Shown: positions 28,424-39,039, numbered from the stretch's first letter. The stretch: 64,000 nucleotides of DNA from an uncultured Methanosarcinales archaeon (GCA_964510025.1 CAZDZV010000007.1:1-64000); one strand, 5' to 3'. Program-made: numbers and translations. The notes: generated by a model from the letters alone, not told the origin.

Positions 28424-28606
28424 ATGAAATCAAAAGAAAATACAAGCAAGTTTATCCAGGTAAGGTGTCCTAAGTGCAAGAACGAGCAGACAATCTTTGG
28501 AAAGGCATCTACCAAGATAAAGTGCCTTATCTGCGGAAAACTAATAGCTGAACCTACTGGCGGCAAGTCCAAGATCAAAGCCCGTATTCTAGAGGTACTT
28601 GAGTAA
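28424..28606 (+). CDS. rps27e: 30S ribosomal protein S27e
   Basis: [26 protein letters not shown] zinc ribbon. Confidence 0.95.
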   Translation: MKSKENTSKFIQVRCPKCKNEQTIFGKASTKIKCLICGKLIAEPTGGKSKIKARILEVLE

Positions 28607-29373
28607 TGCTTTTACGAAGAGAAGGCTACCCAGAGGAAGGAGAGCTTGTTTTATGTACTGTAACAAATGTGCACCACAACTCGGTCTTCGCAAAGCTTGA
28701 TGAGTACAGCAAGTCTGGGCTGATACATATATCTGAGATCTCTCCGGGAAGGATAAGGAACATAAGGGATTATGTTGTGGAAGGCAAAAAAGTAGTGTGT
28801 GTTGTGCTCAGGATTAACACTGAGAAAGGCCATATCGACCTTAGCTTAAGGAGAGTCAATGAAAGCCAGAAAAGGGCAAAGCTGAACGAGATAAAAAAGG
28901 AGCAGAAGGCTGAAAAGATAGTGGAATTTGTGGCAAAAAAGCTGAACATCGGCCTGACCATATTCTATAAGGAGATATTCAATAAGATTTCCAAGAAATA
29001 TTCTTCATTGTACCCTGCTTTCGAAGACATTGCGCTCGACAAGCTTGACATAAATACCTTGGGCCTGGACAAGAACCAGGCAGAGGCCCTCGAGGAGGCG
29101 ATAAAGAACAGGATAAAGCCTTCGGAAGTTGCTGTAAGCGCAGAGCTGAAAATCAGGAGCTATGCGCCCAACGGGGTGGATGTTATTAAAGACTGCCTGA
29201 AAAAGGCAGCTGCGATAGACTCCAGGGTCACTATACGCTATGAAGGGGGCGGCAGGTATAAGATAGACCTCATAGCCGATGACTATAAGGCAGCGGAGAG
29301 CCGTATAGACAAGATAAAGAACGCTATAATCGAGACAATGAAAAAATCAGGCGGGGAAGCTGCTGTATTATGA
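28606..29373 (+). CDS. eif2a: Translation initiation factor 2 subunit alpha
   Basis: S1 domain PEEGELVLCTV, GLIHISEI, GHIDLSLRRV; conserved gene order. Confidence 0.93.
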   Translation: MLLRREGYPEEGELVLCTVTNVHHNSVFAKLDEYSKSGLIHISEISPGRIRNIRDYVVEGKKVVCVVLRINTEKGHIDLSLRRVNESQKRAKLNEIKKEQKAEKIVEFVAKKLNIGLTIFYKEIFNKISKKYSSLYPAFEDIALDKLDINTLGLDKNQAEALEEAIKNRIKPSEVAVSAELKIRSYAPNGVDVIKDCLKKAAAIDSRVTIRYEGGGRYKIDLIADDYKAAESRIDKIKNAIIETMKKSGGEAAVL

Positions 29374-29540
29374 AAAAAATTCTCAGATGCTGCGGTACTT
29401 ATACGCTCAAGGAAATCTGCCAAAAGTGCGGCTCAAAATCAAAGAATATAGCTCCGGCAAAATACAGCCCCGAAGACAGATACGCTAAGTACAGGAGGGA
29501 GGCTAAGCTGGCTTTCTATAAAAAAGAGGGATTGATATGA
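29370..29540 (+). CDS. nop10: H/ACA RNP protein Nop10 (56 aa, absent from ORF track)
   Basis: Translated by hand: MKKILRCCGTYTLKEICQKCG...PAKYSPEDRYAKYRR; ATGA overlaps at both ends. Confidence 0.92.
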   Translation: MKKILRCCGTYTLKEICQKCGSKSKNIAPAKYSPEDRYAKYRREAKLAFYKKEGLI

Positions 29541-30325
29541 GTAAATGGATAATAGAGCAGTTTGGCAAAAAGCCCAGGCTTAACAGGCCGATACTTATCG
29601 AAGGCCTCCCTGGCATCGGCAACGTGGGCAAAGTGACCGTGGATTTCATCACAGACGAGCTCAAGGCCAAGAAGCTTTATGAGATAACCTCTTATTCATT
29701 TCCGCATTCAGTTTTTGTAAACGACCAGAACCTCGTAGAGCTTCCCAAGATAGAGATGTTCTACAGGAAAGGAAAGACAGACCTGCTCATCCTTGCAGGC
29801 GACATACAGCCTATGGATGAGATATCCAGCTATGAGTTCTCTGAGAAGATGCTTGACATAGCAGAGCAGTACAAGACAAAAGAGATAATAACCCTGGGGG
29901 GCATTGGTCTCAACGAGATACCGAAAAAGCCGAAGGTATACTGTGCTGCCAACTCAAAGAAGATGCTGAAAAAGTATAAGCATAAGCTGATACACGGCAA
30001 GATATATGGTGTTGTGGGCCCTATTGTCGGAATTTCTGGCCTGCTGCTTGGACTGTCTGCAAAAAGGAACATTCCTGGCATAACCTTCTTGGCAGAGACG
30101 TACAGCCACCCTATGTACCTTGGGGTAAAAGGTGCGAGAGAGATCATAAAGGTGCTGAATGACAAGCTTAAGCTTGGTATTGATGTGGAAAAGCTGAAAA
30201 AAGAGATTGATGAGGTAGAGTCAGAGATAATAAAGAGGACAAAAGACCTTGAAGAGGTCTCAAAACAGACAGCTTTCAGCAAGCTTAAGGGCAAGCTCGG
30301 GGGAGAACAGACATATATCGGCTAG
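29537..30325 (+). CDS. PAC2-family proteasome assembly chaperone
   Basis: LIEGLPGIGNVG, ITLGG, C-terminal YIG; follows nop10. Confidence 0.9.
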   Translation: MSKWIIEQFGKKPRLNRPILIEGLPGIGNVGKVTVDFITDELKAKKLYEITSYSFPHSVFVNDQNLVELPKIEMFYRKGKTDLLILAGDIQPMDEISSYEFSEKMLDIAEQYKTKEIITLGGIGLNEIPKKPKVYCAANSKKMLKKYKHKLIHGKIYGVVGPIVGISGLLLGLSAKRNIPGITFLAETYSHPMYLGVKGAREIIKVLNDKLKLGIDVEKLKKEIDEVESEIIKRTKDLEEVSKQTAFSKLKGKLGGEQTYIG

Positions 30326-30327
30326 TT

Positions 30328-31446
30328 TTACAGGCCCTGATATTCCTTCATTATCATCCTCTTCAGAATTTGGTGTTCCCTTCCTAATCCAGTATAGGTG
30401 TCTATAGCAGCAGAAAGATCAGCTTCTGCCTCGGGCTTAAGCGCAGGCAGGTCAAGAGCCATGGCTGCCACCCTTGCAGCCGGTCTTGCATCAGCATGGT
30501 GCTGCATGCAGAAAAGTGCTGCTCCCACCACCCTGTCTCTGCTGGACAGTTTGGCCCCTGGATTCCGTATAAGCCGTGCAACATCATCATCAAGGTATGT
30601 ATTTGCCGCCCTTTCGTACAGCGACATCCTGTGATCAAAGATTGCCTCTCTGCCAAAGTTTTCTGGGTCTTGCTCTCCGTATGCTCTCATAAGTGCATAG
30701 CATAAAGCTCCTGTCACCTCAGCTACAAAACTTCTTATCTCTGGAACAGCCACTGCTTCCGGTACCTTTTCACAGCCCAGCCTGGCTGCATATGCCCCTA
30801 TTGCCATATGCATCAGGTTATGGATATACAGCTTTCTGTGTATCATTCTCAAAAAAGGGCTATATGGCTTCATTGTCAAATCAGGAAACGGATCACAAAG
30901 CTTGGCAGCATCTACCACAAAATCATCTTCGCTGTATGCTTCAGATGTTATTGGAGATGTGGGCTTGCCCATCACGTGTACGATGCTGTCAGCTATCCCC
31001 ACCCTAGATGCCAGCCGTGGATCCTCCAGGATATCCGCAAGCTGCTGCTCAAGGAATGAAGCTCCGCCTTCCTTGTTCTCCGCCAGGATTATATTCTTTG
31101 CAGCATCTTCCTTCACAAACAGCTCCAGGCCCATCCTAAGGTACTCTACCAGGCCTACAAGATTATCCTTGCCTACAGCAGTTACAATAAGATCACAGTC
31201 TGCAACTTCTCTCGCTAATATGGCTTCAGTGCTTTTGGAGGGGACTATGCCGTCAACTACATTGTCGATTCTGGTGTGCTGCCTTCCTTCCAGTGAAACC
31301 ACATCCACGCCATATCCCTCCTCCACCCGGCTTATCGCATCCCCACAAGTATCTACAAAGACTATGTCATAGCCGTGCTCTGCTGCATTCCTGGCTACAA
31401 ATCCAGCTCCGTTGGCTCCGGCTCCGAATATAAGTGCTCTTGGCAT
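30328..31446 (-). CDS. Mannitol-1-phosphate dehydrogenase-like oxidoreductase
   Basis: FGAGANG, TAVG, AEN, RKLYIHN, RNPGAKLSSRDR. Confidence 0.75.
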   Translation of the reverse strand: MPRALIFGAGANGAGFVARNAAEHGYDIVFVDTCGDAISRVEEGYGVDVVSLEGRQHTRIDNVVDGIVPSKSTEAILAREVADCDLIVTAVGKDNLVGLVEYLRMGLELFVKEDAAKNIILAENKEGGASFLEQQLADILEDPRLASRVGIADSIVHVMGKPTSPITSEAYSEDDFVVDAAKLCDPFPDLTMKPYSPFLRMIHRKLYIHNLMHMAIGAYAARLGCEKVPEAVAVPEIRSFVAEVTGALCYALMRAYGEQDPENFGREAIFDHRMSLYERAANTYLDDDVARLIRNPGAKLSSRDRVVGAALFCMQHHADARPAARVAAMALDLPALKPEAEADLSAAIDTYTGLGREHQILKRMIMKEYQGL

Positions 31447-31452
31447 TTTTAT

Positions 31453-32376
31453 TCACCAATGTGTATAGCCGTGGTCGCACCTTAGCGTCTGGCCTTGCAG
31501 AAAAGCTGATTCCCTTGATAAGAGAAAGATTATTGCCCGGCTGGCATCCACGTATTCGCAGAATCTGCCGTCTGCGGTCTGTGCTGCATATTTCATAAAC
31601 ATGTCGACCATGCTGCCTCCCTGGTTATGGCTGTATTGGGCAAACAGCCCCCGCTCAGGATCAGTCCATAGTGGAGAATACAGAAAATTTCCAAAAGCAG
31701 CAGCATTAACCCTTATTCGCTGCCCATGCTCAAGCACTACACCTTGGTTGATGGTATGGCATGCTGCTTTTGAAGCTGGATAGGCATAATTTCCTCCTGA
31801 CCCTTTCAAAGCGGATTTTGATGTTACTTGAGCTATGGTGCCTCCGCTGTTTGTATCCAGCATATACCTGACAGAAGATCTTACAAAATTATAGTGCCCG
31901 CCTGTATTAACAGCCAACACCCGCATAAGATTATCATAGCCAAATTCTAGCAATGGTCCAGAAATCAAGATTGCTGCATTGCTTACTGAATGCGTGACTT
32001 TTCCGAATTCAACTGCAGCCCCCTGAAAGCTCCTTTCCACTGTTTCCTCATTAGTCAGGTCTACTGGATATGTAAGCACCCTAGGCCCGACATTATTCAG
32101 TGAGGAAGCAGTCTCATCTAGTGCACTCTGATTTATGTCCAGCAGGACCAGACCTTCGATACCTTGGTGTGCAATCCCTGTAGCAACAGCTCGACCGATA
32201 CCCTGTGCAGCCCCTGATACAACAACCACAGCACCCTCAAGGTCTGGTTTTTTGTATCTTTGGCTGCCAGCGACAACCTTTGGCATAGCCTCAGCTTCCA
32301 TCCTTCTTAACAGTTCCAGCAGATGCGCCTCATCGCTGATTTCTGCCTGTTCGCCTTGGATATTCAAGCATACCAT
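31453..32376 (-). CDS. SDR oxidoreductase, sorbitol-6-phosphate dehydrogenase-like
   Basis: SGAAQGIG, SKS, YPASK, GNFLYSPLW-DP-GLF-QY. Confidence 0.78.
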   Translation of the reverse strand: MVCLNIQGEQAEISDEAHLLELLRRMEAEAMPKVVAGSQRYKKPDLEGAVVVVSGAAQGIGRAVATGIAHQGIEGLVLLDINQSALDETASSLNNVGPRVLTYPVDLTNEETVERSFQGAAVEFGKVTHSVSNAAILISGPLLEFGYDNLMRVLAVNTGGHYNFVRSSVRYMLDTNSGGTIAQVTSKSALKGSGGNYAYPASKAACHTINQGVVLEHGQRIRVNAAAFGNFLYSPLWTDPERGLFAQYSHNQGGSMVDMFMKYAAQTADGRFCEYVDASRAIIFLLSRESAFLQGQTLRCDHGYTHW

Positions 32377-32377
32377 T

Positions 32378-33796
32378 CTAGCATCTCACAAGCTGGTCGA
32401 AAAGGATCATGGTGGCTGCATCACTCATCCGTCCCCTTTCCATCTGTTGTCGCGCGTCATCAACATCTATGCCTGAACCCCTGTAAGCTTCAAAATCTAG
32501 AACTGCTGCCAGCTCATCTATAGCTCTAAATCCAAGTGTGCTTGCAGCATGTGGAAGGACTATGCATTTTCCATCGATGCTGGCTCCCTCGATCGCCCTT
32601 AGCACTTCTGGCAGGCTGTCCAGGCTGGCCACAGCTGCTATGCTGGTCTCATACGGGTGGATTGAGCCTGCTGAGATGGCATCCCTGGCCTCATCCAGGT
32701 TTGCTCCCTCTAGTCCGCTGAATCCTTCTACCCGTACACACCTGTCCAGCATTGCCCTGCTGCCATAATGCAGCGCTTTCAAAGGAAGCTCATGATCACC
32801 GTATGCGACAATGACTTCATCTTTTAATCCTGCAAAGATATCAAATACTCCTCCATCATTCATCATACCCAGCGCGCCGGTGACAAGCGGCTGCATAACT
32901 GATTGTGGTGCAGCAAACATAAGAAAAGCGTCATCAACTTCTGGTATAAAGGCCTTGACATCTGCAAACATCTTCCCTGTATCATTAGCATCTACATAAG
33001 CCATCTGTATGCCTGCCTGTTCTGCCCTTCTGCCGACTGTAAGTCTAAACCTGTCTAGCCTGTCGTTCCTGACTTCTGTTACTGCTATTTTCGCTGGACA
33101 GCTATGTTCTCTCGAAAGTATAGACTCCATCAAAAATCTCGCCATCGGTCCAGCGCCCATTATCCATGCATTTCCCTGGGCTCTCAGGGTTTTCAACTCA
33201 GGCCTGTGTCTGTTCAGCGTATTAAAGCAGCATGCATATGGCTCAAGACTAGCTGCCAGCAGATAGCCCATATCATCTGGGATGGTCCTTAAGGAACATC
33301 CATCATCATTGTCCAGGAGCATCCTCCCATACACGCCAAACTGCCTGTATCCGCCCCATAATTTATAGCCAAAAGTCACCTTTTTTCCATCTAAAATGGT
33401 TTCTGCATTCACCACATATCTTTCCCCAGGATGATATCTGTCTCTCAGCGCTTCTCCCACACTTACCACTGTCAATGCAACCTCATGCCCCATTATAGCA
33501 GGAAATGTATCCAGGTCCCGTCCCTTCATTCGTGGGTGGTCTCCTCCTTGGGCAGCAATCTTGATGTCAGAGGCACAGGCACCTACTGCATCAAACCTTA
33601 CCATGACCTGGTCTGGCTGTATCTCCTGGCCGTGCAGATATTCAACCGGAAACTGGCTATCAAGCCTCAGGTTGCTGTAGTCTCTGCCCATCCCCGGCCG
33701 GCTTTGGCATTTCCCTGTCAGAAGCCAGGCTGCCTGGGTATCTGGCAGTGCTTTATATTTTGCTGCCTTGTATGCCTGAAAATTTGCTAGCTGCAT
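32378..33796 (-). CDS. Zn-dependent alcohol dehydrogenase, sorbose-1-phosphate reductase-like
   Basis: GACASDIK, QGGDHPR, GHE, LEPYAC, GAGPM. Confidence 0.78.
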   Translation of the reverse strand: MQLANFQAYKAAKYKALPDTQAAWLLTGKCQSRPGMGRDYSNLRLDSQFPVEYLHGQEIQPDQVMVRFDAVGACASDIKIAAQGGDHPRMKGRDLDTFPAIMGHEVALTVVSVGEALRDRYHPGERYVVNAETILDGKKVTFGYKLWGGYRQFGVYGRMLLDNDDGCSLRTIPDDMGYLLAASLEPYACCFNTLNRHRPELKTLRAQGNAWIMGAGPMARFLMESILSREHSCPAKIAVTEVRNDRLDRFRLTVGRRAEQAGIQMAYVDANDTGKMFADVKAFIPEVDDAFLMFAAPQSVMQPLVTGALGMMNDGGVFDIFAGLKDEVIVAYGDHELPLKALHYGSRAMLDRCVRVEGFSGLEGANLDEARDAISAGSIHPYETSIAAVASLDSLPEVLRAIEGASIDGKCIVLPHAASTLGFRAIDELAAVLDFEAYRGSGIDVDDARQQMERGRMSDAATMILFDQLVRC

Positions 33797-33800
33797 TTTA

Positions 33801-35045
33801 TCACCTTTTTGTCATGGTTGCTGCTCTCGCTTTCTCTACTTCCCATGTTCCGATAAACAGGGCCTGCTCGTCTGTCAGCCTGTAGTCAGGGCCTGCTGGG
33901 CTGCCTAATGCTCTTGCATACAGGTCTACAAGCAGACTGTCTCTTGCCAGCAGCATTGCATTTTCAGCTGCTGCATCTGGATTAAGATCATTCGGATTGT
34001 GCCCGCCTGCTGTCAGTATGCCGTAACCCCCAACAACATAGGTTCTTGGAAACACACCATCCTCAATAGATGTCTGGCCACTCACCTGGGCTGCGATTTC
34101 TTTAACGTCTTCGCCTGAAAAAAGTTCAATATTTGCTGTATTCATTCCTCCCGAGACAATATTGTCAGGAGCAACTCTTGTGAATCTCTCGCCTAGATAT
34201 CCTGCCCTTCTTGAGCGGGCATAAAGCCTGGCTTCTGCACTGGTGTCAAAACAGATAGTGCCGCCGCCATATTCTTCGCTGCCCATTTTTTTTGTCCTTA
34301 ACCTGCTTACCCGATATCCTTGCTCTAGCATCCTTCCCCTATAGCTTGGCCTGTTCGGCTCTTTGCCGAAAAGAGCCTGGTAAAAGCCTTCCATGATAGC
34401 CCTTATATCTGACTCAGTTATCTCAAAATCATCATAGCTATAGCTGCCGTAAGGCTCATCCCACGCCATGCGCTTCAGTCCCTCTGCTAGAAGAGCAACT
34501 GCCTTATTTATTGTCTCGTTATGGCGTGCGATGACCTCATCAAGGCTTTTTCCTGTGAAGAAGAAGCCATGATTCCTTTGCATCACAGCTGCTGGCATCG
34601 CCCCATATCCTTCCATAGCTTTTTTTACATGCTGGGCTAAGGTGATTCCTGGATCGCAGTAGTCCACTATTACAACATCTTCCAAAAACCTATCTGCTTC
34701 AAGAACACATGACAATGCAGTAAGGATAGTCGGATGGGTATGCAAAACATATGTATCCAGCAGCTCATGTACAGGAGTCTCTACAGATGGCCTCGGGCAG
34801 TCTCTTCCCCTGGAAGCCAGCAATGCCTCCTTGTACCTCTCCTCTCTCACGCTAGGGCTATATCTGTCAAATCTTCTTTCCAAAAGCTCTCTTAAAGCTC
34901 CTCTGGACACCCACGCCAGATTGTCTTCAGTCATCTCTGTAAGCCTGCTGCCGCTGGCTTTGATAGCCATCTCACCATCAAATTTCCTTGAGAAATTGCC
35001 GCCTCCCAGAAGTACGACCCTTGGATTATCACAAAGCTTTCCCAC
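33801..35045 (-). CDS. Class II aldolase/adducin-family protein (RhaD-like)
   Basis: VLLGGGNFSRK, RPSVETPVH, HTHP, NHG, WEVE; true start may be ATC 35075. Confidence 0.8.
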   Translation of the reverse strand: MGKLCDNPRVVLLGGGNFSRKFDGEMAIKASGSRLTEMTEDNLAWVSRGALRELLERRFDRYSPSVREERYKEALLASRGRDCPRPSVETPVHELLDTYVLHTHPTILTALSCVLEADRFLEDVVIVDYCDPGITLAQHVKKAMEGYGAMPAAVMQRNHGFFFTGKSLDEVIARHNETINKAVALLAEGLKRMAWDEPYGSYSYDDFEITESDIRAIMEGFYQALFGKEPNRPSYRGRMLEQGYRVSRLRTKKMGSEEYGGGTICFDTSAEARLYARSRRAGYLGERFTRVAPDNIVSGGMNTANIELFSGEDVKEIAAQVSGQTSIEDGVFPRTYVVGGYGILTAGGHNPNDLNPDAAAENAMLLARDSLLVDLYARALGSPAGPDYRLTDEQALFIGTWEVEKARAATMTKR

Positions 35046-35201
35046 TCTTCGCAGCTCTTCACTAAAACTTACGATTTAACCCACCATTTTTTTCAAAATT
35101 ATTAGGCATTTATAAATTTTTCCTGATTAACCACTTAAAAATAGAGACTTTTAGAAAAATTTATATATGAATCTATGGTTTGGCTGCAATAGGGGGATTA
35201 G

Positions 35202-37778
35202 ATGGTAAGGGAATGGGATATTGATCCAAAAGAAAGGCAAGCAAGCACTGCCTTGCCAAGTAGAAGGATAGTGCTTAATAGGTATGCAGGCGGTCTGGAA
35301 TCAGAGCTTGCTTCTGGCAGGTTCTTAGATACAGGCATGGCTATCAGAATATATATGGATATGCTCTTTGCTCGAAGGGTGGAAGAGGCATTGCTGGATA
35401 TTAAAAACCACCAGATGTTTCAGATTGACGAGGATGGTGAAACTGTTCAGTTTGAATACGGAGGTCCTGCTCATCTAAGGATGGGGCAGGAAGCTGATGC
35501 TGTTGGAAAGGTTTTTCTCCTGAGTGCTGATGATGTTATCTTTGGGAGCCATGGCAGCCATGTGGAGATCATGGCAAAAGGCCTGGCTGCGATCCATCAG
35601 CTGGATGAAGGAGCCCTGCAAAAAAGGATCGGGAATTATCATCATGGCCAGCTTGTGGACATCGTGTCGGGTCATGAGCCGCACGTCCCTGTTGCAGTGG
35701 GTCAGCTAGGCATAGACAGCTATAAAAACACAGCGCTGTCTGCTTTCACCTATGGATTGATTGCTGAGATCTTCTGCAAGCAACCTGGATTCAACAGGGG
35801 TATGGGGGGAAGCATGCATGCATTCTTTCTTCCTTTTGGCATAGGCCCGAATAACGCGATTGTCGGGAGCAGCGCCAATATTGCTGCTGGAGCAGCTTAT
35901 GCGAAACTGGTTCAGGCTTATATGACAGATTCAGATTTTCAGAGGGTCATGTTCAATATCGGAGATGGAGCAGCTGCCCGCGGGCCTGTACGAGAGACAT
36001 TGAACTGGGCAGGTATGGCTCAGATTGCGAACCTGTGGGGTCTTGGGCCAAAGGGCTTGCCCTTAATCGCTCATTTTGTGGACAATGCTTACGGGATGGG
36101 CGGCCAGACAGTAGGTGAAACTGGCTCTTATGACAGGCTGGCAAGGCTATTCTATGGACAAAGGTCTGATGGATACCATGCAGAAGGCATAAATGGAAAT
36201 GATCCTTTGGCTGTTATTGATTTTTATTTCAGGAAATTTGCTGAACTTGCAGAGTCACATGCCTGGCCATTGGGTGTAGTTTCTGAAACATACAGGCTTA
36301 TCGGCCATTCTCCAAGCGATAAAGGAGCCTACAGGACAAGGGAAGAGTTGGAAGCATGGAAAGAGGTTGATCCTCTGCCATCATATAGAAGAGGGCTCGT
36401 AACAGCACTGAAAAGGGTTGAAGGATTCGCTGACATTGAGGCCAGATTGGCTGATATTGAAAGGTTTGTGGATGAAACAGTCTTTGCTGCTGTTAAGCTG
36501 GCTGCAGATGACCATGTTTCTCCCCATTTTGAAGATTGTGGTGAAGGATTAGAGGCGATGATGTTCAATGAAGGCACCACTGCATCTGTTCCCCCAAGAA
36601 TAAGAAAGGATGTGCTGTCAGAATTGCAGGCTCATCCTACATATATGGCTATCGTGACCAAGTCCGATGAAAAAGGAGCTGGAAGCCTGTCGATTCGAGA
36701 TGCGATCACGCTTGCCATAATGCAGAGGGCAACCTCTGATGCAAGAGTGGTTAGCTGGGGCGAAGATGTCAGGCAGTGGGGCGGTGCATTTAAGATATAT
36801 CCTGGTTTTGAGAGTCTTTTGCCCCCGCACAGGCATTTCAATTCGCCCATAAGCGAAGGTACTATCATCGGCACAGCAGTCGGAGCTGCGATGATGGGCT
36901 TGCGCCCCTTGGTTGAGATCATGTACTCTGACTTCCTGGGCTGCGCAGGTGAAGAGCTCATTAATCAGCTGGCGAAATGGCAGGGAATGTCAGCAGGAGA
37001 GATAAGACTGCCGGTTGGGGTGAGGGTGAGTGTAGGCAGCAAATATGCAGCCCAGCATTCTCAGGATCTCTCATCGATGCTCATGGGTGTTCCCGGGCTC
37101 ATACTTGGTTATATTGCTACGCCTTACGACGGGAGGATGATGACCACTGCCCTTATGATGCAGGACAATCCATTTGTTGTTTCTGAATCACAGAAGGCAT
37201 ACAACATGACTACTGATCAGCTTGTCAAGATGGGCATGTCTGTAAGCAGTCCTGTCTTGGAGGAGACCGACCCAGGATATATTATAGGCAGGACACAGAC
37301 AGTCAGGCTTGCTTCCGAAGGCCTGGCAGGTGCAGGAAAAGCTGTTACCTTGCTTGCTTGGGGTCCTGCTTTGTATACAGCTGCAGCTGCCGCTGACCAG
37401 CTTGAGAGACTTGGATATGCAGCTGAAGTGATAAATGGGAGATGGTTCAGGCCGTTTGACTGCAGCCATGTTGTTGAGTCAGTCCAAAAGACAGGCAAAA
37501 TAGTCCTGGTCACTGAAGCACCTGAAGCAGGCTCAGCTGCTGCCTCCGTTGGCATGGATATCCAGCGCCTTGCTTTTGACTATCTGGATGCGCCTGTATG
37601 CCTCGTCGGAGCCCTGAATACGATTACCCCTGGATGGAAGGGCCAGGATGTCTACTTCCCCCAGGCAGGTGATATCTTGGATACAGTGCATGCTCAGGCA
37701 ATGAGGTTGAATGGCTACACTCCGGGGAAAGATATGTCTGCTTCAAGAATTCAGATGAAAAGGTCACATGGTGTTTGA
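35202..37778 (+). CDS. TPP-dependent 2-oxoacid dehydrogenase E1 alpha/beta fusion
   Basis: HLRMGQE, GMGGSMH, GDGA...N TPP motif, GEDV, PISE, EIMYSDF, QHSQ. Confidence 0.85.
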   Translation: MVREWDIDPKERQASTALPSRRIVLNRYAGGLESELASGRFLDTGMAIRIYMDMLFARRVEEALLDIKNHQMFQIDEDGETVQFEYGGPAHLRMGQEADAVGKVFLLSADDVIFGSHGSHVEIMAKGLAAIHQLDEGALQKRIGNYHHGQLVDIVSGHEPHVPVAVGQLGIDSYKNTALSAFTYGLIAEIFCKQPGFNRGMGGSMHAFFLPFGIGPNNAIVGSSANIAAGAAYAKLVQAYMTDSDFQRVMFNIGDGAAARGPVRETLNWAGMAQIANLWGLGPKGLPLIAHFVDNAYGMGGQTVGETGSYDRLARLFYGQRSDGYHAEGINGNDPLAVIDFYFRKFAELAESHAWPLGVVSETYRLIGHSPSDKGAYRTREELEAWKEVDPLPSYRRGLVTALKRVEGFADIEARLADIERFVDETVFAAVKLAADDHVSPHFEDCGEGLEAMMFNEGTTASVPPRIRKDVLSELQAHPTYMAIVTKSDEKGAGSLSIRDAITLAIMQRATSDARVVSWGEDVRQWGGAFKIYPGFESLLPPHRHFNSPISEGTIIGTAVGAAMMGLRPLVEIMYSDFLGCAGEELINQLAKWQGMSAGEIRLPVGVRVSVGSKYAAQHSQDLSSMLMGVPGLILGYIATPYDGRMMTTALMMQDNPFVVSESQKAYNMTTDQLVKMGMSVSSPVLEETDPGYIIGRTQTVRLASEGLAGAGKAVTLLAWGPALYTAAAAADQLERLGYAAEVINGRWFRPFDCSHVVESVQKTGKIVLVTEAPEAGSAAASVGMDIQRLAFDYLDAPVCLVGALNTITPGWKGQDVYFPQAGDILDTVHAQAMRLNGYTPGKDMSASRIQMKRSHGV

Positions 37779-37779
37779 A

Positions 37780-39039
37780 ATGGCGAGAGCAATTCCACTT
37801 TTGGATTTTTATGAGCAGGGCGTGAGGGGCACAGAAGCCCAGGTTGTGATGCTCTGTGCAAACAACTACCCTGCGAAATATGCCGGAAATCCGGGTTTTG
37901 AAAACATGTTTTATTTTAACCGGCTTGTAAGGGAGAAATGCGGTCTCAATCTAGTGGAGGTATCTGATGATTGTTGGGAGCCGTCTCACCTTATTAATGC
38001 AGATGGCATACTGGAGCATGGGGACCATATTAAGAGGATAGAATCAGCAGCCCAGGATGCCGGCGTATACATGGTAGCTATGGGGACAGGTGCCTTTCTC
38101 TCATATCAGTGGCAAAAAGGCTTGGGGGTGGCTTTGTTTGATTTGCCAAGGAAGGGCCAGAATTTTCTGTTGAGGATGTATGATGCTTGGGCGGCTCTTG
38201 GTTCAAGGACAGGGGTCCAGCTGATCACAGGTAGAAGACCAGGTATTCTAGATGATGCTTCAGCATTTTCAGAAGCAATACCCATAGGAGAGATCTCAGA
38301 CTACATTGCCAGTGTTTCAGACATTCGGCTTGGGCCAATATCATTGGGGAATATCAGCCCGACAGACGAAATCACCAAGTCAGAGGCGATGAACCTTGCT
38401 CTCGCCTTAAGGCTGAATCGTCAAAATCCAAGAGTCATGCAGCTGGTTGAGCAGATGCAATATGCAGGCATGGAACCAAATACAGTAGAGCAGGTTGTCA
38501 GAGTCAACCAGTTTCTTAGTGCAAATCTGCCAAGAGGTTATTTTGCAGATATGGCAGACAATGGTCATGTTGGAGTTAGAGGCACCAGAAAGACTTTGGC
38601 TCAAAGGGATTTTGACCTGTTTAGCTATGCTGATGCTTATGTTGGGCCTATTCTTTTTATACATCATAATATTCTGTTTGAGAATGCAAAACAGCCAGGG
38701 ACTGCCGCTAATCTCGATAGAGACCGAAGAGCGCAGAGACAGGCTATTCCTGCTCGAGATATGCCTCATCCGTCGGTCATAAGAGACATCAATGACTACC
38801 TAATCAGGGCCATTGATAATCCAAATGTGAGTTTGGCAATTGCAAGTCCAGAGCCCAAATGCCAGATCGATACAGACTTAGGACAGCTTGCTGGTGATGT
38901 GGCAGAAGCAACGCAGATAACTGCTGAAAGGATAAGGCAAACAGGAAGATTTGTGGAATCAGGGATAATCCCGCTCACATTCATAACCAGGGACCACAGG
39001 GAAAGGCTGGATGATCTGCTAAGAAGACTTGTAGCTTAG
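37780..39039 (+). CDS. Divergent xylose-isomerase-like TIM-barrel protein
   Basis: [17 protein letters not shown]; co-oriented downstream of E1. Confidence 0.55.
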   Translation: MARAIPLLDFYEQGVRGTEAQVVMLCANNYPAKYAGNPGFENMFYFNRLVREKCGLNLVEVSDDCWEPSHLINADGILEHGDHIKRIESAAQDAGVYMVAMGTGAFLSYQWQKGLGVALFDLPRKGQNFLLRMYDAWAALGSRTGVQLITGRRPGILDDASAFSEAIPIGEISDYIASVSDIRLGPISLGNISPTDEITKSEAMNLALALRLNRQNPRVMQLVEQMQYAGMEPNTVEQVVRVNQFLSANLPRGYFADMADNGHVGVRGTRKTLAQRDFDLFSYADAYVGPILFIHHNILFENAKQPGTAANLDRDRRAQRQAIPARDMPHPSVIRDINDYLIRAIDNPNVSLAIASPEPKCQIDTDLGQLAGDVAEATQITAERIRQTGRFVESGIIPLTFITRDHRERLDDLLRRLVA

